Source: Candidatus Solibacter usitatus (GTDB lineage Bacteria > Acidobacteriota > Terriglobia > Bryobacterales > Bryobacteraceae). From it: 64,000 nt of DNA. The DNA lies in NCBI GenBank assembly GCA_016191645.1, contig JACPVQ010000044.1, forward strand, positions 1,371-65,370. The letters run 5' to 3'. The position numbers and the translations under genes were made by a program. Shown here piece after piece: positions 58,914-64,000 of this stretch. Every line of letters begins with the position of its first letter. Positions within the stretch are counted from its first letter, which is position 1. Below the pieces are notes generated by a model, which made no database searches, had not been told where the DNA came from, and saw only the letters and a program-made list of their open reading frames with translations.

Positions 58914-60245
58914 ATGAACATTCTCCCGCGGCGGCGCGATGTGATTGCCGCTCCGCTGCTCCTTGCCCTACGCGGCCGGGCCGCGGAGAAGGACACGAAC
59001 TGGCCTTCCTTTCGCGGACCCGATGCATCGGGCGTTGCCGAGGGCTTCCCGCTTCCTGTGAAATGGAAGACCCGCTGGAAGACCGCGGTGCCGGGACTGG
59101 GACATTCGAGCCCCATCATTTGGGGCAACCGGTTGTACGTCGCAACGGCTGTCAGCGCATCAGGCAAACCGCCGTTGAAACTGGGTCTCTATGGCGACCG
59201 TGACGCCGCCGACGACAATGGCGAACAATCGTGGAAGATTCTCTGCTTCGACAAAATATCCGGCAGGTTGTTGTGGGAACGGACGACGCGCAAGACTTCC
59301 CCGCGCGCGCAGCGGCACTTGAAGGCGACGCATGCCAACACGACACTTTCCACCGACGGGCGCGTCATCGTGGCGTTCTTCGGATCGGAGGGGCTGCATT
59401 GCTATTCGATGGAGGGCAGCCTGCATTGGTCGAAAGACCTGGGGACCATCAACGTCAGCAAGTACGGCGTCGGATGGGGATATGCAAGCTCCCCGGCGCT
59501 GCATGGGGATCGCATCGTAGTGCAGTGCGATGCGCCGGACAATGCGTATCTCGCTTCCTATCGTGTGTCGAGCGGCGAAGAGGTCTGGCGGGTGCCGCGC
59601 GGGCAGATGTGCGAGCGTTCCTGGGCCACGCCTTTGGTCTACCGGGAAGCGACGCGAACGCAGGTGGTCGCCAACGGGTGGCCGTACGTGGTCAGCTACG
59701 ATTTCGAAACCGGGAAAGAATTGTGGCGATTGAAGGGCGGAGGAGACAACCCGATCCCGTCGCCGTTTCCCGCTCTTGGGATGATCTACGTTGCCAACGG
59801 ACACGGCGCCGAGGCGCCTGTTTGGGCCATCCGGCCCGGCGCTTCCGGGGATATTTCCCTGTCCAGTGGAGAGCAGTCGAACAAACACGTCGCCTGGAGC
59901 GATCGCCGTGCGGGCGCATACATCCAAACGCCGCTGGTGTATCGGGATTGGCTCTATAGCGGAGCGAACAATGGAGTGCTGAAATGTTTTGACGCCAGAA
60001 ACGGCAAGCTGCATTACGAGCAGCGGCTGGGCGGCGGCCTGTCGGGTTTCTCCGCCTCTCCCGTCGCGGGCGACGGAAAAATCTATTGTTGCTCGGAAGA
60101 GGGCGACGTATATGTAATCGAAGCCGCGGCCGCATACAAGGAACTGGCGCGCAACCGCTTCGACGATTCCATCATGGCTTCGCCCGCAATTTCCGAAGGC
60201 TCGCTCTACTTCCGCACGCGCGCATCTCTCATCGCCGTGAGTTGA
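58914..60245 (+). CDS. PQQ-like/BamB-type beta-propeller protein
   Basis: RRRDV leader; WPSFRGP, GHSSPIIWG, SSP, SWATP, FSASPV, MASPAI blades. Confidence 0.85.
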   Translation: MNILPRRRDVIAAPLLLALRGRAAEKDTNWPSFRGPDASGVAEGFPLPVKWKTRWKTAVPGLGHSSPIIWGNRLYVATAVSASGKPPLKLGLYGDRDAADDNGEQSWKILCFDKISGRLLWERTTRKTSPRAQRHLKATHANTTLSTDGRVIVAFFGSEGLHCYSMEGSLHWSKDLGTINVSKYGVGWGYASSPALHGDRIVVQCDAPDNAYLASYRVSSGEEVWRVPRGQMCERSWATPLVYREATRTQVVANGWPYVVSYDFETGKELWRLKGGGDNPIPSPFPALGMIYVANGHGAEAPVWAIRPGASGDISLSSGEQSNKHVAWSDRRAGAYIQTPLVYRDWLYSGANNGVLKCFDARNGKLHYEQRLGGGLSGFSASPVAGDGKIYCCSEEGDVYVIEAAAAYKELARNRFDDSIMASPAISEGSLYFRTRASLIAVS

Positions 60246-60288
60246 GCCTTGCGTGTGGGGCGGAAATTTTAGGCGTAGAATTGCACTT

Positions 60289-63200
60289 ATGGTGCAGTTC
60301 CCTGGGATTTCCCGCCGCTCTCTCTTTCTTCTTGCCGCGATCTGTGTTTCCGGGCTGGTTGCCCAGAACGGCGGCAAGCGTCCTCTCACCCACCGCGATT
60401 ACGATGCCTGGAAGAGCATAGCGAGCCAGCGGCTCTCCGACGACGGAGTGCATTTGGCGTACATGCTGGTTCCTCAGGAAGGCGATTCCGAAGTGGTTCT
60501 GAAGAATCTTCAGACAGGTGCGGAGAAACGCTTCAATGCCGGAGCGCGGCCAGCCCCCGCCGGCGGCGCGGCGGAGAGTGAACCAGGGGAGCCAACCACT
60601 CCTTCTCCGGGTGCCGGACCAGGCGGGCTCCCGCGCGGCGGAACCGTGTCGTTCACCTCCGACAGCAAGTATCTGATCTTCACGACGTATGCTCCCAAAG
60701 CCGCGCAGGATCAGGCTCGCAAGGAGCGCAAGAGGCCGGACGAGATGCCGAAAGGCGCGTTGAAGATTGTCACCGTTGCGACCGGAGATGCGGCTAGCGT
60801 TCCGGGGATTCGCAGCTTTCAAACCGCGGAGTCGAACGCACAATGGCTGGCGTATTTGAAGGAGCCGCCCGCGCCTGCGCCCACCGCTGCCGGCGCAGCG
60901 AAAAAAGAGAATGATCAACGCCGGGGAGCAGGCGCGGCGGCCGCGGGCGCAGGGGGCGCGCAGCGTCCTACTCTTGGCTCCGATCTGACACTTCGTGATT
61001 TGAATGGAGGCGCGGAAAAGACTTTCGCCGACGTGACCGAGTATTCGTTATCGAAGGATGGCGCTGACCTCCTCTACACCGTAAGTTCGAAACAGGAAGA
61101 ATCCAACGGAGTCTACTCGGTGGCCACATCATCGGGAGAACCAAAAGCGCTGCTTGGCGGCAAAGGCAGGTACCAACGTCTCGCATGGGACGAGAAACAG
61201 ACGCAGGCAGTTTTCCTGAGCAGCCGTGACGACGCGGCCGCACGGCAGCCGAAATACAAGATCTATCATTGGACTCGCGGTGCAACGGCGGCCGCCGCGC
61301 TCGCCGATGCCGAGATGGCTGGCGTCCCACGAGGCTGGGTGATCAGCGACAGGGCTGCGGTAAGTTTTGCCAAGGATGGCAACCGGCTGTTCTTCGGCAC
61401 CGCGCCTGCGGCTCCCGCGCGGCCCGCGGCCGGCGTCGAAGCGCAGAGCAATGACAAGCCCGTCGCCGATCTTTGGCATTGGAAAGACGACAACGTGCAG
61501 CCCATGCAGAAGGTACGCGCGGAGCAGGAACGCAACCGCTCCTACCGCGCCGTGATTGGCCTCAGAGACAAGAAGATCGTGCAACTGGCCGACGCTACAA
61601 TGTCCGATTTGACGCTCAGCGAGGACACCAATTACGGCATCGGCTCGGATGATCGCGAGTACAAGCAACTGGTGGAATACGATGAACGGCACAGCGATCA
61701 GTATTGGGTGGATGTGGCGACGGGCGCAAGAAAACTGTTACTGCGCGCCCACCGCGGGACGCTCTCGCCATCGCCCGATAACAAATGGGCTGTGACCTTC
61801 AACGGCAAGGACTGGCTGAGCATCGAGGTAGCTAACGGCCGCTCGCGGAATCTGACAGAGAGTTTCAACGTGGCCTTCGGCAACGAAGATTACGATATGA
61901 CCGGCACGCGCAACTCCTACGGAATGGCGGGCTTCACGAAAGATTCCAAGTATGTTCTGCTCTACGATCGTTACGATGTGTGGCAGGTTTCACCGGACGG
62001 CTCCGGCGCGCGCATGCTCACCGATGGCCAGGGCCGGCTCAAAAAGATCCAATTCCGCTACGTGAAGCTTGGCGACGAAGAGACTCCGGCCGTTGGCGGC
62101 CGCGGCGGATTCGGTGGATCATCGCGCAACGTGATCGATCCCGCCAAGCCCGTGCTGCTGCGCGCGGAGCACCTGGAGACGCGCGAAACCGGGTTCTGGG
62201 AAGACCGCGTCGATGGATCAGAGCCGCCGAAGCAGCTCATCATGGCGGCCAAGTCGTTTGGCACGCCGGCCAAGGCGAAAAAGGCGGACGTCCTGATTCT
62301 GACCGCGTCGCGCTTCGACGAGTTCGGTGATGTGCTGGTCACAAACGCGAAGTTCGAATCGCCGCGAAAGGTTACGAGTGCCAATCCGCAGAAGGCGCAA
62401 TTCGCATGGGGCAAGGCCGAATTGATTCGCTATCGCAATCAGGATGGCGTGGAATTGCAGGCGGCGCTTTACAAGCCGGACAATTTCGATCCGTCGAAAA
62501 AGTATCCGATGATGGTCTACATCTACGAACGTCTATCGCAAGGCGTTCATCGCTTCGTGACACCCGCCCCCAGCCACAGCGTCAACATCAGCTACTACGT
62601 GAGCAATGGATATGTTGTGCTGACTCCCGATATCGCCTACACTCTGGGCTATCCCGGCGAGAGCGCGCTCAAATGCGTCATCCCGGCGATTCAGGCAGTG
62701 GTGGACAAGGGCGGAATTAACGAAGATGCCATCGGCATTCAAGGCCACAGTTGGGGCGGCTATCAGATCGCCTACATGATCACGCAGACCAAACGTTTCA
62801 AAGCCGCTTCGGCCGGAGCGCCGGTGGCGAACATGATCAGCGCCTACGACGGCATTCGCTGGGGATCGGGCCTGCCGCGGCAATTCCAATATGAGCGCAG
62901 CCAGAGCCGCATCGGCGGCAGCATCTGGCAGTATCCGCTGCGCTTCATTGAGAACTCGCCCATCTTCCACGCCGACAAAGTGCGCACGCCGTTGCTGATG
63001 CTTCACAACGACAATGACGACGCCGTGCCGTGGTATCAGGGCGTGGAATATTTCCTCGCGCTGCGCAGGCTGGGCCGCGAGGTCTACCTCTTCAACTACA
63101 ACGGCGAACCGCATGGAATTCGCAAGCGTCCGAACCAGAAGGACTACACCATGCGTTTGCAGCAGTTCTTCGATTACCACTTGAAAGGCGCTCCAATGCC

Positions 63201-63297
63201 GGACTGGATGCAGCGAGGCATTCCTTATCTGGAGCGGGAACAGGAGAAGGAGAAATGGATCAAGTCAACGGAGCCCGCGGTTAGCGGCGCGCAATAA
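60289..63297 (+). CDS. S9-family prolyl oligopeptidase/acylaminoacyl peptidase
   Basis: N-terminal propeller; GHSWGGY nucleophile, D.D.AVP, EPHG. ATG 60289 is 7 nt after TAGAAT. Confidence 0.93.
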   Translation: MVQFPGISRRSLFLLAAICVSGLVAQNGGKRPLTHRDYDAWKSIASQRLSDDGVHLAYMLVPQEGDSEVVLKNLQTGAEKRFNAGARPAPAGGAAESEPGEPTTPSPGAGPGGLPRGGTVSFTSDSKYLIFTTYAPKAAQDQARKERKRPDEMPKGALKIVTVATGDAASVPGIRSFQTAESNAQWLAYLKEPPAPAPTAAGAAKKENDQRRGAGAAAAGAGGAQRPTLGSDLTLRDLNGGAEKTFADVTEYSLSKDGADLLYTVSSKQEESNGVYSVATSSGEPKALLGGKGRYQRLAWDEKQTQAVFLSSRDDAAARQPKYKIYHWTRGATAAAALADAEMAGVPRGWVISDRAAVSFAKDGNRLFFGTAPAAPARPAAGVEAQSNDKPVADLWHWKDDNVQPMQKVRAEQERNRSYRAVIGLRDKKIVQLADATMSDLTLSEDTNYGIGSDDREYKQLVEYDERHSDQYWVDVATGARKLLLRAHRGTLSPSPDNKWAVTFNGKDWLSIEVANGRSRNLTESFNVAFGNEDYDMTGTRNSYGMAGFTKDSKYVLLYDRYDVWQVSPDGSGARMLTDGQGRLKKIQFRYVKLGDEETPAVGGRGGFGGSSRNVIDPAKPVLLRAEHLETRETGFWEDRVDGSEPPKQLIMAAKSFGTPAKAKKADVLILTASRFDEFGDVLVTNAKFESPRKVTSANPQKAQFAWGKAELIRYRNQDGVELQAALYKPDNFDPSKKYPMMVYIYERLSQGVHRFVTPAPSHSVNISYYVSNGYVVLTPDIAYTLGYPGESALKCVIPAIQAVVDKGGINEDAIGIQGHSWGGYQIAYMITQTKRFKAASAGAPVANMISAYDGIRWGSGLPRQFQYERSQSRIGGSIWQYPLRFIENSPIFHADKVRTPLLMLHNDNDDAVPWYQGVEYFLALRRLGREVYLFNYNGEPHGIRKRPNQKDYTMRLQQFFDYHLKGAPMPDWMQRGIPYLEREQEKEKWIKSTEPAVSGAQ

Positions 63298-63309
63298 AAC
63301 ATCGCGGAA

Positions 63310-64000
63310 ATGGGAAAGCGCAAGAGCAAGTACCAGAGCCTGTTCGATCATTCCTGCAGCGGGTTGACGCTGCATAAGCTCATTTATGACGAACAGGGCT
63401 TAGCAGTAGACTTCGAGTTTCTGAAGGCCAATGCGGCATTCGAGAAGCTGCTGGGGATCTCTCCATCTACCGTTATTGGGAAACGGGTTTCCACGCTTTT
63501 CCCGGGCTTTCTGTCACCACCGATCCTGGGAAAACTGCAGCACATGGTGCAGAGCGGTGAACCGTACAGCGCTGAGAGGTTCTACCCGAGCCTCAACAGG
63601 TACTTTGAAGTCAGCGTATTCCCGCTTTACGCGGAAATTTTCGCCGTCTCCTTTCAGGAGGTGACCGAGCGTTGCCGCGCGGTGGAAGCGCTAAAGGCCA
63701 GCGAGCAGAGGTTTCGCACGCTGTTGGACTCCGTTCCCGCGGGTGTCTTTGTGACCAATGAGAAAGGAGACGTTGTACTAGGAAACAAGCACGCCTATCA
63801 CACATTGGGTGTGACGGACCAAGAAAGGAACACGATCACGCAATTGGAAAACTGGGAGCTCGTGGATGAGTCCGGAACCCCAGTAGAGCGCAAGGGGACG
63901 GTGTGGGGAAAGGTGTTGCGGGAGGGAGCACCGGTGCGCAATGTAGTACGAGGCATCCGCATGTCAGATCCCCAAAAGGCGCGCTGGCTCCTGGTCAACG
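63310..64000 (+). CDS. Multi-PAS signalling protein, truncated by the window end
   Basis: Not in the ORF track. Open frame MGKRKSKYQSLFDHS...DFEFLKANAAFEKLLG...IGKR...EVTER...SEQRFRTLLDSVPAGVFVTNEKG contains two PAS domains. Confidence 0.85.
   Translation, partial: MGKRKSKYQSLFDHSCSGLTLHKLIYDEQGLAVDFEFLKANAAFEKLLGISPSTVIGKRVSTLFPGFLSPPILGKLQHMVQSGEPYSAERFYPSLNRYFEVSVFPLYAEIFAVSFQEVTERCRAVEALKASEQRFRTLLDSVPAGVFVTNEKGDVVLGNKHAYHTLGVTDQERNTITQLENWELVDESGTPVERKGTVWGKVLREGAPVRNVVRGIRMSDPQKARWLLVN

Noticed and set aside
63310..64000. Possible island boundary (GC looks lower by eye)
   Set aside because: No integrase, tRNA or att repeat is visible, the window ends there, and composition was not computed.

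Overview
GC-rich bacterial chromosomal window. The gene repertoire suggests Acidobacteriota of the Bryobacter/Solibacter type (inference). It has about 47 CDS and no rRNA, tRNA, CRISPR array, integrase or transposase. Core genes: tilS-ftsH-HAD, convergent gltX/glnS, murB, mreC-mreD-mrdA-rodA-rne, gdhA-mutS-anmK and a phoR/phoB-like pair. Secreted or periplasmic proteins: M14 and S9 peptidases, a sulfatase, a PQQ dehydrogenase with an inserted cytochrome c, a PVC-type heme protein and a DUF1549/1553-DUF1501 pair. An RHH-MazF toxin-antitoxin module sits at the left edge, and there is a hopanoid operon (ispH-shc-hpnA-hpnG-ADH-ADH-hpnC-hpnD). Most interesting observations: (1) two tandem Zn-dependent polyol-type dehydrogenases directly after hpnG, with opposite NAD/NADP fingerprints, which are candidates for the unassigned ribosylhopane reduction or side-chain epimerisation; (2) a multi-hairpin GTGG-capped REP/REPIN-like element in 4 intergenic copies with compensatory base changes; (3) pervasive leaderless-type promoters (-10 box 6-8 nt before the start codon, about 11 genes); (4) a structured candidate 5'UTR for rne; (5) an 11-bp-periodic Pho-box array; (6) an uncharacterised secreted two-gene operon. 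All family calls come from motif recognition by eye, not from database searches.
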